Source: Myxococcota bacterium (GTDB taxonomy: Bacteria; Myxococcota_A; UBA9160; PR03). From it: a stretch of 28,033 nt of DNA. The position numbers were made by a program, and so were the translations under genes. The DNA is taken from NCBI GenBank assembly GCA_041611735.1, contig JBFIML010000049.1, positions 1 to 28,033 on the forward strand. The letters run 5' to 3'. The notes beneath the pieces were generated by a model, which ran no database searches, was not told the origin of the DNA, and saw nothing but the letters and a program-made list of their open reading frames with translations. Positions 8,821 through 18,200 of the stretch are shown here, piece after piece (position 1 is the stretch's first letter; the number at the start of each line of letters is the position of its first letter).

Positions 8821-9860
8821 AGCAGCCGCGTCACGATGTTGTTGGTCTCCAAGTCCGACTGCGGTGGAATCAGGCCCGCCGCCACCAGCTGCTGGGCGAC
8901 GCGGATCATGATGACCGCGAAGCGGAAGGCGGCGAAGACCTCGTAGTAGTGGAGATGGCGGACGTGGTGGCCGGTGGCCTTCTCGTAGCGCGCCACGGTC
9001 TCCGCCCGGCTCGGGAAGCCGCGCAGGCGGTCCCGGCCCACTCCCTCGCTGTGGTGGCGATCCAGGAAGAGCCACCAGGCGAGATCCGCCTCGGGGCTGC
9101 GCAGGTCCGCCATCTCCCAGTCGAGGACGGCTACGCAGCGGCCGTCGCGGAAGATCATGTTGCCCGGGCGCGCGTCGCCCCAGGAGAAGACGACGGGCTC
9201 GGGCTCGTCGGGGGCGTTCTCCCGGAGCCAGGCGACGCCCGCCTCGGCGATGGGCTGCGGCTTGCCGCGCGCTGCCCAGGCAAGGAAGCGCTCGTAGGCG
9301 GCGAGCTCGTGCGCGAGCGGCGTCTCGCCGCGCTTCGGCGTCTCGAACAGATCGAGCCCGCGCCAGTCCAGGCGATGGATATGCGTCAACACCTCGAGCC
9401 CGCTCCACCAAAGCGCCTCGCGCTCGGCGGGCTCGATCTCCGTCACCCAGCCGCCCATGTGGTAGGGCGGATTGTCGGTGGGGATCCGGCCCTCCACGCG
9501 TTGCATCACGTAGAAGGGGGCGCCCAGCACCGCGGCGTCCGGCTCGAAGCCGAAGACCTGCGGCACGGGGACCTCGGTCGCGGCCAGCTTCTCGAGGATG
9601 CGCGCCTGGAGGCCCAGATCGTAGCTCGGGAAGACCGTGACCCCGCGCGGCTCGAGCCGCACGACGCGGCCCTGGCGGGCGACGACGCCGCTCTCCCGCC
9701 AGGCGAGCTCGAACAGCAGCGTGTCGTTCGAGTAACCGGTAGCCCCGGGGCGTTCCAGGCCGGAGACGCGCACATCGCGGGCCTCGGGCATGCGCAGCGC
9801 CAGCCACTCCTCCAGGCGCGTGCGAAGCATCTCCAGATCCGGGGGCGCGGCTGCCGGCAT
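8799..9860 (-). CDS. APH-like phosphotransferase family protein (Rv3168 / ACAD10-11 kinase-like)
   Basis: GYSNDT, VPVPQV, LGAPFYVMQRVEG, WGDARPGN catalytic loop, VLDWEMA, DLAWW. Confidence 0.88.
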   Translation of the reverse strand: MPAAAPPDLEMLRTRLEEWLALRMPEARDVRVSGLERPGATGYSNDTLLFELAWRESGVVARQGRVVRLEPRGVTVFPSYDLGLQARILEKLAATEVPVPQVFGFEPDAAVLGAPFYVMQRVEGRIPTDNPPYHMGGWVTEIEPAEREALWWSGLEVLTHIHRLDWRGLDLFETPKRGETPLAHELAAYERFLAWAARGKPQPIAEAGVAWLRENAPDEPEPVVFSWGDARPGNMIFRDGRCVAVLDWEMADLRSPEADLAWWLFLDRHHSEGVGRDRLRGFPSRAETVARYEKATGHHVRHLHYYEVFAAFRFAVIMIRVAQQLVAAGLIPPQSDLETNNIVTRLLGTLLAE

Positions 9861-9906
9861 GGCGAGGCCGCATCCTACCGCATCGCCCCGCGCCTACGGC
9901 GGGCTG

Positions 9907-9915
9907 TGGTATAAG
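9907..9915 (+). promoter_or_regulatory. Putative extended -10 promoter (TG-G-TATAAG) for the hydrolase gene
   Basis: tgTGgTATAAg in the divergent 78-bp intergenic region, followed by GGAGGT RBS at 9929-9934. A TAGGAT -10-like hexamer faces the other way at 9872-9877. Confidence 0.5.
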
Positions 9916-9938
9916 GGAAGGTTCCGACGGAGGTTTCC

Positions 9939-11072
9939 ATGTCGCTTCGCTCCCGCCTCGCCCTCGCCCTCTTCCTACCCGTCACGGCGCTCCTCGTCGC
10001 TCCGGCGCCCGCGCACGCCGACTCCAGAGGCCCGATCGCAGCGCCCGACGGCCCGGGACCCTATGCGGTCGGGCGCACGACCTTCGTGGCCCGGGACGCC
10101 GCCCGCGGCCGGAGCCTCACCGTGGACGCCTGGTACCCGGTGGACCCGGCGGATGCCGCTGGCCCCTCCGCGATCTACGACCTGATCTTCACCGGGATCG
10201 TGTCCTCGCGGGCCCGCACCGACGCCCCGCCCTCGGCAGACGGCCCCTTCCCGCTCGTGGTCTTCTCTCACGGCAACGGCGGCATCCGCTTCCAGTCCTA
10301 CTTCCTGACCGAGATCCTGGCGAGCCACGGCTTCGTGGTCGTCTCGCCGGACCACGCGGGCAACACCGCCCTCGACTTCCTGTTCGGTACCAACGTGCCC
10401 TTCCTCCAGGCTGCGCTCGATCGGCCCCAGGACGTCTCCTTCCTGATCGACGTCCTGCTGGCCCGCAGCGCGAACCCCGACGACCCCTTCGCCGGGCGCA
10501 TCGATCCGCGGCGCATCGGCGTGAGCGGCCACTCCTTCGGCGGCTACACGTCCCTGGCGGTGACGTCGGGGATCCCGGGCGTCCCTGCGGACCCGCGCGT
10601 GCGCGCCATCGCCCCGCTCGCCCCGGCCTCCAGCAGCCTCACCGACGCGCAGCTGGCCGGGATCCGGGTGCCGACCCTGATCGTGGGCGGGACGCTGGAC
10701 ACGACGACCCCCATCGACCCCCAGAGCACGCGGCCCTTCGAGCGGGTCACGGCGCGTCCGCGCTACCGGGTCGATGTGGTGGACGCGGGCCACGCCTCCT
10801 TCACCAACACCTGCGCCATCGCGGAAGCGCTGGGCTCCATTGGCCTTCCCCAGTCCTTTCTCGATGCCGTCCTGCGCGGTCTGATCGAGGAGGGGTGCGC
10901 ACCGGAACTGATCCCGATCCAGGACGCGCAGCAGGTCACGAATCGCTACGTGGTGGCCTTCTTCCAGCGCCATCTGGCCCTCGACCCGCGCTACAAGCGC
11001 TACCTGACGCCGGGCCACGCCCGCAACGATCCCGACGTGATCTACTTCCAGGTGGCTGGCGGCGGGCCCTAG
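9939..11072 (+). CDS. Secreted alpha/beta hydrolase (predicted dienelactone hydrolase/PAF-AH-like lipase-esterase)
   Basis: Signal peptide ending AHA|D; PGPYAVG, FPLVVFSHG, LASHGFVVVSPDH, DRPQDVSF, nucleophile GHSFGG, Asp in GTLD, His in AGHASF. Confidence 0.87.
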   Translation: MSLRSRLALALFLPVTALLVAPAPAHADSRGPIAAPDGPGPYAVGRTTFVARDAARGRSLTVDAWYPVDPADAAGPSAIYDLIFTGIVSSRARTDAPPSADGPFPLVVFSHGNGGIRFQSYFLTEILASHGFVVVSPDHAGNTALDFLFGTNVPFLQAALDRPQDVSFLIDVLLARSANPDDPFAGRIDPRRIGVSGHSFGGYTSLAVTSGIPGVPADPRVRAIAPLAPASSSLTDAQLAGIRVPTLIVGGTLDTTTPIDPQSTRPFERVTARPRYRVDVVDAGHASFTNTCAIAEALGSIGLPQSFLDAVLRGLIEEGCAPELIPIQDAQQVTNRYVVAFFQRHLALDPRYKRYLTPGHARNDPDVIYFQVAGGGP

Positions 11073-11084
11073 CAGGCGGATCGC

Positions 11085-12548
11085 TCAGTCGGTCCGCCGA
11101 CCCGGCAGGCGCGCCTCGCGCAAGGCCGAGCGGCGCAGCTTGCCCGCGTCGTCGCGCAGGGGCGCGTCCACGAACTCGAAGCTGCGCGGGATCTTGGTGC
11201 GCACCAGGTGGCGCGCCAGGTGCTCGCGCAGCTCCGCCTCGGAGACTGGTGTCGGCGCGTCCACGATGGCATGCACGCGCTGGCCGAGGTCTTCGTCGGG
11301 CAGCCCGATCACGGCGCTGGAGCGGACTGCCGGGTGCGCATCGAGGGCTGCCTCGACCTCGGCGGGATACACGTTCGCGCCGCCGGTCAGGATCATGTCG
11401 GTCTTGCGCTCCACCAGGTAGAGGTAGCCGTCCTCGTCCAGATAGCCGAGGTCGCCGAGGGATTCCCAGCCGTTCGCGGTGGCTACGGCCTCCGTACCCA
11501 CGTAGCGGTAGGTGGAGCCGCGCCCCCCGGGCGGCATCAAGAAGACCTCGCCCACCTCACGGGGCGCGCACTCGCTGCCATCCCGGCGCAGGATCCGGAT
11601 CCTGCGTCCGCCCCCGGGCTTCCCCACGGAGCCCGGGTGCGCGAGCCACTCGCTGCCCGAGATCAGCGTGCCGGCGATGCGCTCGGTGCCGCCGTAGGCC
11701 TCCCAGATGCGCTCCGGACCCAGCCACTCGATCCAGGCGCGCTTCAGCCAGACGGGGCTCGGCGCGCCGGTGCACATCACCCGCCGCAGGGACGAGAGAT
11801 CGAAGCGCCGCCGCTCCGGCTCCGGGAGGCGCCAGATGCGCTGCATCATGGTCGGGACGAAGAGCACCCACTCGACCCGGTGCCGCTCGATCAGTGCGAG
11901 AGCCTGGGCGGCGTCGAAGCGCGTCATCACCACCACGCGCCCGCCGCACAGGAGCTGCTGCCAGGCGGTGATGAAGGGGCCAGCGTGGTAGAGGGGGCCG
12001 GGAACCAGGGTGACGCCCCCCGGCCGCATGCCGTTCTCCGCCAGCTCCGGGTCGCACTCGGCGGGGGTCAGGTCCACGATGAGCTTGGGACGCCCGGTGC
12101 TCCCGCCCGAGGCCATGGCACGCACGTGCCTTGGCACCACGTCCGCAAGCGGGGTCTCGGCGAGGCCCCGGTCCGGCTCGAAACCCGAGGCCAGGGTCGG
12201 GCGCCCGCCGGCTTCGGCTTCGGGCGCGCCCACCACCAGGGCCGGGGCGGCGAGATCCACGATGGCGCGTCGCTCGCGTTCCGGGAGCTTCGCCGAGACC
12301 GGCTGGGGCGTGGCGCCGAGCTTCCACACCGCGAGGGTGGCCTCGAAGAACTCGATGCCGTTCGGGAGGGCCAGGGTCACGAGATCGCCCTCTCCTACCC
12401 CGAGCTTGCGGTAGGCGCGTCCCAGTCGGTTCGTGCGGCGTTCGAGCTCGTCGCGAGTGCGGGTGGCCTCCTCGTGCACGACCGCGACCGCGCCGGGATC
12501 GCGCTCGGCGTGCCAGCGCATGGCGCGCGCATGGGACATGCGGGGCAT
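11085..12548 (-). CDS. Acyl-CoA synthetase (AMP-binding, bile-acid-CoA-ligase-like group)
   Basis: SGGSTGRPK, GPLYHAGP, EAYGGTE, LGDLG, GGANVYPAEVE, DAGKL. Start ATG 12548 (GGAG RBS) or 12539. Confidence 0.88.
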   Translation of the reverse strand: MPRMSHARAMRWHAERDPGAVAVVHEEATRTRDELERRTNRLGRAYRKLGVGEGDLVTLALPNGIEFFEATLAVWKLGATPQPVSAKLPERERRAIVDLAAPALVVGAPEAEAGGRPTLASGFEPDRGLAETPLADVVPRHVRAMASGGSTGRPKLIVDLTPAECDPELAENGMRPGGVTLVPGPLYHAGPFITAWQQLLCGGRVVVMTRFDAAQALALIERHRVEWVLFVPTMMQRIWRLPEPERRRFDLSSLRRVMCTGAPSPVWLKRAWIEWLGPERIWEAYGGTERIAGTLISGSEWLAHPGSVGKPGGGRRIRILRRDGSECAPREVGEVFLMPPGGRGSTYRYVGTEAVATANGWESLGDLGYLDEDGYLYLVERKTDMILTGGANVYPAEVEAALDAHPAVRSSAVIGLPDEDLGQRVHAIVDAPTPVSEAELREHLARHLVRTKIPRSFEFVDAPLRDDAGKLRRSALREARLPGRRTD

Positions 12549-12687
12549 GGGGGCTCCCTGCCAAGGCCGTCCGCGGTGGGGCATCCGGCGATGCACGACG
12601 CTCCCGGGTGCGGCGCAGCGACGTCGGGCAACGTATGGTAGGCGCCCGGGGCCCGACAAGGGGCCGGCGAAGCGCGCGGGAGGAGAC

Positions 12688-13449
12688 GTGGACGGGCTCG
12701 TGGCGGGGAAGGTGGCGCTCGTCACCGGGGCGGGCTCGGGGATCGGGCGGGCCGCGGCGCGAGCCCTGGCGCGCGAGGGAGCCCGGGTGGCGGTGGCAGA
12801 CGTGGACCGGGCCGGCGGCGAGGAGACCCTTGCCGCGATCCGAAGTGCAGGCGGCCAGGCCGAGCTCGTGGCCTGCGACGTGTCCCGCGACGCGGAGGTG
12901 GCGGCGGCGGTACGGAGCGTCGTCGAGCGCTGGGGCCGGCTCGACTGCGCCGTCAACAATGCGGGGGTGGCCACGGAGGGGGGGCTCTTGCACCAGCTCA
13001 CCCTCGAGGAGTGGGAGCGCACACTGGCCGTGAACCTCTCGGGCGTCTTCTACTGCATGCGCCACGAGATTCCGGTGATGATCGGCCAGGGAGGCGGCGC
13101 CATCGTGAACACCTCCTCCGGAGCGGGGGTGGTGGCGGCGCCGCTGCTGGCCCACTACTGCGCCACCAAGCACGGCGTGCTCGGCCTCACTAAGACCGCC
13201 GCCCAGGAGAACGCACGCACCGGCGTGCGCGTGAACGCCATTCTCCCGGGCGTCGTGGACACGCCCATGCTGCAGCGGCACATGGCCAAGGGGCCGCTCA
13301 TCGAGCAGGGCATCCGGGCCGCGGCGCTGCGCGGCAGCCTGGGTCGACCCGAGGAGGTGGCCGAGGCGGCGGTGTGGCTGTGCTCGGATCGCGCCTCCCT
13401 GGTGAGCGGCGTCTCCCTCGTCCTCGACGGCGGCGCCCTGGGCAGGTAG
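12688..13449 (+). CDS. Short-chain dehydrogenase/reductase (NAD-type)
   Basis: GTG after AGGAG; TGAGSGIG, acidic VADVD, NNAG, YCATK, RVNAILPG, DGG. Confidence 0.88.
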   Translation: MDGLVAGKVALVTGAGSGIGRAAARALAREGARVAVADVDRAGGEETLAAIRSAGGQAELVACDVSRDAEVAAAVRSVVERWGRLDCAVNNAGVATEGGLLHQLTLEEWERTLAVNLSGVFYCMRHEIPVMIGQGGGAIVNTSSGAGVVAAPLLAHYCATKHGVLGLTKTAAQENARTGVRVNAILPGVVDTPMLQRHMAKGPLIEQGIRAAALRGSLGRPEEVAEAAVWLCSDRASLVSGVSLVLDGGALGR

Positions 13450-13537
13450 GGGGACGTTCTCGACTGATTGACTTCTCCTGCCGCCGACCGCCGCGGCTCT
13501 CGAAACCGGAAGAGGTCGATTAGTCGAGAACATCCCC
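13450..13537. repeat. Inverted-repeat element copy B (88 bp)
   Basis: Arms 13450-13479 GGGGACGTTCTCGACTGATTGACTTCTCCT and reverse complement of 13508-13537 GGGGATGTTCTCGACTAATCGACCTCTTCC; 24/30 identical; 28-bp spacer; begins at the base after the SDR stop. Confidence 0.9.
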
Positions 13538-13544
13538 CTTCCGA

Positions 13545-13550
13545 TACCCT
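13545..13550 (+). promoter_or_regulatory. Putative -10 hexamer TACCCT 7 nt upstream of the ipdA GTG (leaderless-type)
   Basis: cgaTACCCTggggggcGTG. Confidence 0.35.
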
Positions 13551-13557
13551 GGGGGGC

Positions 13558-14418
13558 GTGGAGAAGCGAGTCACCGCGGAGGAGGTCGTCGCCGAGCTGC
13601 GCGATGGGATGACCATCGGGATCGGCGGCTGGGGCGCGCGCCGCAAGCCCATGGCCCTGGTCCGCGCCCTGCTGCGCTCGCCGCTGCGCGACCTGACGCT
13701 CGTCAGCTACGGCGGGCCCGACGTGGGCCTGTTGTGCGCGGCCGGCAAGCTGCGCAAGGTGGTCTACGGCTTCGTCTCCCTGGACTCGATCCCGCTGGAG
13801 CCCCATTTCCGGGCGGCCCGGGAGAGCGGCCGCGTGGAGGCCCACGAGCTCGACGAGGGCATGCTGCAATGGGGCCTCTACGCGGCGGCCTGCCGCCTCC
13901 CCTTCCTGCCCACCCGCGCCGGTCTGGGCTCCGATGTGACGAAGACCTTCCCGAACCTCCGCATGGTGCGCTCCCCCTACGACGACGCCGAGGAGCTCGT
14001 CGCCATGCCGGCCCTCGAGCTCGACGCGGCCCTCGTGCACATGAACCGCGCCGACGCGGCCGGGAACGCCCAGTTCCTGGGGCCGGACCCCTACTTCGAC
14101 GACCTCTTCCTCGGCGCCGCGAAGCGCCGCTTTCTCTCCTGCGAGCGCATCGTGCCGACCGAGGACCTGCTCAAGGCGGGCGCCGTCCACACCTTGTGCA
14201 TCCCCCGCATGCTGGTGGACGGCGTCGTGGAGGCGCCCGGCGGCGCCCACCCGACCGAGTGCCCGCCCGACTACCCGCGCGACGAGGCCTTCCAGCGCGA
14301 GTACGCGGCCGCCGCCCGAGATCCCCAGGCCTGGTCCGCCTTCCGCGCCCGCTACCTGGACGTCCCGAGCGAGACGGCCTATCAGGAGGCCGTGCGCGCT
14401 CGGGGAGGGCCGCAGTGA
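13558..14418 (+). CDS. ipdA: IpdA, CoA-transferase-like ring-opening hydrolase alpha subunit (steroid C/D ring degradation)
   Basis: LRDGMTIGIGGWGARRKPMALVRALLRS, YGFVSLDSIPLEPHF, ELDEGM, LPFLPTRAGLGSD, GPDPYFDDLF match Rv3551-type IpdA as I recall it. Start placed at GTG 13558. Confidence 0.88.
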   Translation: MEKRVTAEEVVAELRDGMTIGIGGWGARRKPMALVRALLRSPLRDLTLVSYGGPDVGLLCAAGKLRKVVYGFVSLDSIPLEPHFRAARESGRVEAHELDEGMLQWGLYAAACRLPFLPTRAGLGSDVTKTFPNLRMVRSPYDDAEELVAMPALELDAALVHMNRADAAGNAQFLGPDPYFDDLFLGAAKRRFLSCERIVPTEDLLKAGAVHTLCIPRMLVDGVVEAPGGAHPTECPPDYPRDEAFQREYAAAARDPQAWSAFRARYLDVPSETAYQEAVRARGGPQ

Positions 14419-15182
14419 CCACCGCCACTCGCGCCGAGGTCTGCGCCGTGGCCCTGGCCGAGCTCTTCCGCGGCGACGGGGAGATCCTGGCCAGCCCGAT
14501 CGGGACGCTCCCCAGCATCGGGGCCCGCCTGGCGCGCCTCAGCTTCGCCCCAGACCTGCTGCTCACCGATGGCGTCGCCTTCCTGCGCGCCGACGTCCCG
14601 CCGCTGGGCGGCGAGGCCGACGCCAGCGAGGCCGTGGTGGAGGGCTGGATGCCCTACCGGCGCGTCTTCGACGTGCTCTGGTCCGGCCGCCGCCACGTGC
14701 TGATGGGCGCCACCCAGATCGACCGCTTCGGCAACCAGAACATCTCCTCGATCGGCGCCTTCGAGAAGCCCAAGGTGCAGTTGCTGGGCCCGCGCGGCGC
14801 TCCCGGCAACACCATCAACCACACCACCAGCTACTGGGTCCCGAACCACTCGCGCAAGGTGTTCGTGGAGGCGGTCGATCTCGTGTGCGGGATCGGCTAC
14901 GACCGCGCCCGGGCCCTCGGCCCGAAGGCGGCGCGCTTCCACGAGATCCGGGGGGTCGTCTCGAATCTCGGGGTCTTCGACTTCGCCACCCCCGATCGCC
15001 GCATGCGACTGGCCTCGCTGCACCCGGGCGTACCCGTCGAACAGGTACTGGAGAAGACGGGCTTCGAGCTGGCCGTCCCGGACGCGGTGCCCGAGACTCG
15101 CACGCCCACCGGCGAGGAGCTTCGATTGCTACGCGAGCGCATCGACCCGTCCGGGCTCGGCGCCAAGGAAGTGCGCGCCTGA
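14415..15182 (+). CDS. ipdB: IpdB, beta subunit
   Basis: TRAEVCAVALAELFRGDGEILASP, EGWMPYRRVFD, QIDRFGNQNIS, RGAPGNTINHTTSYWVPNHS; GTGA overlap with ipdA. Confidence 0.88.
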   Translation: MTTATRAEVCAVALAELFRGDGEILASPIGTLPSIGARLARLSFAPDLLLTDGVAFLRADVPPLGGEADASEAVVEGWMPYRRVFDVLWSGRRHVLMGATQIDRFGNQNISSIGAFEKPKVQLLGPRGAPGNTINHTTSYWVPNHSRKVFVEAVDLVCGIGYDRARALGPKAARFHEIRGVVSNLGVFDFATPDRRMRLASLHPGVPVEQVLEKTGFELAVPDAVPETRTPTGEELRLLRERIDPSGLGAKEVRA

Positions 15183-15199
15183 GCGAGGAGAGCCGCCCC

Positions 15200-16255
15200 A
15201 TGCATCCCGTCCTCCACACGCGCCTGTGCGAGCTGCTCGGGTGCCGGGTCCCGATCATCCAGACCGGCATGGGCTGGGTCGCGACGCCCGAGCTGGTGGC
15301 AGCCGCCTGCAACGCGGGCGCCTTCGGCTTCCTGGCCGCCGCCACGATCCGGCCCGAGGAGATCGACACCGAGATCGAGAAGGTGAAGCGCGCCACCGGG
15401 CGGCCCTTCGGCGTGAACTTCCTGATGGACGCGCCGGGCGCCGAGCGCATCGCCGACGCCGCGGTACGCCACGGGGTGCGCGCCGCCGGCTACCATCGGG
15501 CACCGAATCCAACCTTGATCAAGCGCTTCAAGGACGCCGGCGTGCTCTGCATCCCCACCTGCGGGGCGGTGCGCCACGCCCAGAAGGCGGAGAAGCTCGG
15601 CGCCGACGTGATCATCGTGCAGGGGGGCGAGGGGGGCGGCCACACGGGGACGGTCCCCACCTCGCTGCTGGTCTCCCAGGTGGCGGACGCTGTGGACGTG
15701 CCCGTGGTGGCGGCGGGGGGCTTCCGCGACGGACGCGGCCTGGTGGCGGCGCTGGCCTTCGGCGCCGCGGGGGTCGCCATGGGGACGCGCTTCCTGCTGA
15801 CCCGCGAGAGCCCCGTCCCGCACGTCACCACCGACCGCTACCTGCGCGCCGGCGTGGACGACGTGCGGGTGACGCGCGAGGTGGACGGCCTCCCGCAGCG
15901 CGTGCTCCGCAACGAGCTGGTGGACGAGCTCGAAGAGAGCGGCCCCGTGCGCCGCTTCGTGCGCGCGCTCCGCAGCGGCCTGGCCTTCCGCCGCGTGAGC
16001 GGCGCCTCGATCCCTCAGCTGCTGCGCGCCGGCTTCGCCATGCGCCGCCACGAGAAGCTGACTCGCACCCAGATGCTGATGGCCGCCAACGCCCCGATCC
16101 TGGCCCGCAGGGCCATGGTGGAGGGCGACCCGGTGCACGGCTACCTCCCGAGCGGGACGGTGGCCGGCGTGATCGAGGATCGGCCGAGCTGCGCCGAGCT
16201 GATCGACCGCATCGTGGCCGAGGCAGAGCGCACGCTGAAGGCGCTCGGCGCCTGA
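15200..16255 (+). CDS. ipdC: IpdC-like flavin enoyl-CoA oxidoreductase (nitronate monooxygenase family)
   Basis: PIIQTGMGWVA, QGGEGGGHTG, AAGGFRDGRGLVAALAFGA, MGTRFLLT; adjacent to ipdAB. ATG 15200 after GAGGAG. Confidence 0.83.
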   Translation: MHPVLHTRLCELLGCRVPIIQTGMGWVATPELVAAACNAGAFGFLAAATIRPEEIDTEIEKVKRATGRPFGVNFLMDAPGAERIADAAVRHGVRAAGYHRAPNPTLIKRFKDAGVLCIPTCGAVRHAQKAEKLGADVIIVQGGEGGGHTGTVPTSLLVSQVADAVDVPVVAAGGFRDGRGLVAALAFGAAGVAMGTRFLLTRESPVPHVTTDRYLRAGVDDVRVTREVDGLPQRVLRNELVDELEESGPVRRFVRALRSGLAFRRVSGASIPQLLRAGFAMRRHEKLTRTQMLMAANAPILARRAMVEGDPVHGYLPSGTVAGVIEDRPSCAELIDRIVAEAERTLKALGA

Positions 16256-16265
16256 GGAGTCCGCC

Positions 16266-17030
16266 ATGTACACGCAGGTTCGTGTGGAGAAGGGGATCGC
16301 CCAGGTGGTGCTCGACCACCCGCCCGTGAACGCCTTCGATAGCCGGGGCTGGGCGCACCTGGCCGAGCTCTTCACCTCGCTCGGCAAGGACCCGGCGGTG
16401 CGCGTGGTGGTGGTGGCCGCCGACGGGCGCGGCTTCTGCGCCGGGGTGGACATCAAGGAGCTGGCCGCCGACGCGAGCCGCATCACCCAGGTGAACCGCG
16501 GCTGCTACGACACCTTCGCTGCCATCCACGACTGCCCGGTCCCCGTGATCGCGGCGGTCCATGGCTTCTGCCTGGGTGGTGGCGTGGGCATCGCCGGCTC
16601 CTGCGACGTGATCTACGCCGCCGAGGACGCGAGCTTCGGCCTGCCCGAGATCGACCGCGGCGCGCTCGGCGCCGCGAGCCACCTGTTGCGCATGTTCCCG
16701 ATCCAGAAGGTGCGCCGCATGCTCTACACGGGGGAGAGCATCCTGGCCAAGGAGGCCTACCGCCTCGGCGCCCTGGAGGAGGTGGTGACCCTCGACGAGC
16801 TGCGGCCCGCCGCCCGCGCCCTTGCCGAGAAGATCGCCGGCAAGAGCCCCCAGGCCATGCGCCTGGCCAAGGAGTCGTTGAACGGGATCGAGCTCCTGGA
16901 CGTGAAGCGGAGCTACCGCTTCGAGCAGGGCTTCACCCTGGAGCTCTACACGTCGCCCGACTCCCAGGAGGCCCGCGACGCCTTCGTGCAGAAGCGCCAG
17001 GCGCGCTTCGGCGACGACGAGAAGAGCTGA
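16266..17030 (+). CDS. echA20: Enoyl-CoA hydratase, EchA20-like
   Basis: PPVNA, FCAGVDIKE, GFCLGGG, FGLPEIDRGALGAASHL, SYRFEQGFTLEL. Confidence 0.83.
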   Translation: MYTQVRVEKGIAQVVLDHPPVNAFDSRGWAHLAELFTSLGKDPAVRVVVVAADGRGFCAGVDIKELAADASRITQVNRGCYDTFAAIHDCPVPVIAAVHGFCLGGGVGIAGSCDVIYAAEDASFGLPEIDRGALGAASHLLRMFPIQKVRRMLYTGESILAKEAYRLGALEEVVTLDELRPAARALAEKIAGKSPQAMRLAKESLNGIELLDVKRSYRFEQGFTLELYTSPDSQEARDAFVQKRQARFGDDEKS

Positions 17031-17036
17031 GGCGCC

Positions 17037-18200
17037 GTGGACCTCCGCTACGACGCCGAGGAGCAGGCCTTCCGCGCCGAAGCCCGTGCGTGGCTCGAGG
17101 CCCACGTGCCCGGCGCGCCCCTACCCTCCTTCGACACCCGGGAGGGCTTCGAGGCGCACCGGGCCTGGGAGCAGCAGCTCCACGCCGGCGGCTGGGCCAC
17201 GGTCAACTGGCCGGTCGAGTACGGCGGGCGCGGCGCGAACCTGCTCGAGTGGCTGATTTTCGAGGAGGAGTACTACCGGGCCGGCGCCCCGAAGCGGGTC
17301 AACCAGAACGGGATCTTCCTGCTCGGCCCGACCCTCATGGAGTACGGGAGCGAGGCCCAGAAGCGGCGCTTCCTGCCGAAGATGGCCGCCAGCGAGGAAG
17401 TCTGGGCCCAGGGCTGGTCCGAGCCCAACGCCGGGAGCGACATGGCCGCCATCCAGGCCACGGCCCGGCGCGAGGGCGGCGAGTACGTGCTGAACGGCCA
17501 GAAGACCTGGGCGTCGCGTGGCGCCTTTGCCGAGTGGCTCTTCGGTCTGTTCCGCACGGACCCGGACTCGGAGCGCCACCGGGGCCTCTCCTTCCTGCTG
17601 GTCCCCTTGGACGCCCCGGGCGTGACCGTGCGCCCCATCGCCCAGCTCGACGGGGAGACCGGCTTCGCGGAGGTCTTCCTGGACGACGCGCGCATTCCGC
17701 TGGAGAACCGGCTCGGCGAGGAGAACCAGGGCTGGCGGGTGGCCATGTCCACCGCGGGCTTCGAACGCGGACTCATGCTGCGCAGCCCGGCCCGCTTCCA
17801 GGCCACGGCGCAGCGGCTGGTGGCCCTGCACCGGGAGCACGCGGAGCCCGTCGAGCCGTCCCTGCGCGAGGCCGTGGTGGGTTGCTGGCTCGACGCCGAG
17901 GCCTACACCCTCGAGACCTATCGCACCGTCTCGCGCCTGTTGGCCGGCGGGACGATCGGCTTCGAGGCGAGCCTCAACAAGATCTTCTGGTCGGAGCTCG
18001 ACCTCCGCATGCACGAGACGGCGCTGCGCATCCTGGGGCCCCTCGGCGAGCTGCGGCCCGAGGCGCCGGCGGCCCAGGGCGTCGCCGAATGGCTGGACGG
18101 CTTTCTCTTCGCCCTGGCCGGACCCATCTACGCGGGCACCAACGAGATCCAGCGCAACGTGATCGCCGAGCGCATCCTCGGCCTCCCGAAGGGTTCCTGA
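17037..18200 (+). CDS. fadE31: Acyl-CoA dehydrogenase, FadE31-like subunit
   Basis: FEEEYYRAGAP, WAQGWSEPNAGSD, GVTVRPIAQLDGETGFAEVF, ERGLMLRSPARF, GPIYAGTNEIQRNVIAERILGLP. Confidence 0.8.
   Translation: MDLRYDAEEQAFRAEARAWLEAHVPGAPLPSFDTREGFEAHRAWEQQLHAGGWATVNWPVEYGGRGANLLEWLIFEEEYYRAGAPKRVNQNGIFLLGPTLMEYGSEAQKRRFLPKMAASEEVWAQGWSEPNAGSDMAAIQATARREGGEYVLNGQKTWASRGAFAEWLFGLFRTDPDSERHRGLSFLLVPLDAPGVTVRPIAQLDGETGFAEVFLDDARIPLENRLGEENQGWRVAMSTAGFERGLMLRSPARFQATAQRLVALHREHAEPVEPSLREAVVGCWLDAEAYTLETYRTVSRLLAGGTIGFEASLNKIFWSELDLRMHETALRILGPLGELRPEAPAAQGVAEWLDGFLFALAGPIYAGTNEIQRNVIAERILGLPKGS

Noticed and set aside
8799-9860. Aminoglycoside resistance gene
   Set aside because: The WGD-type APH-like kinase sits in a lipid-catabolic context with no mobile or resistance neighbourhood; a metabolic role is more plausible.
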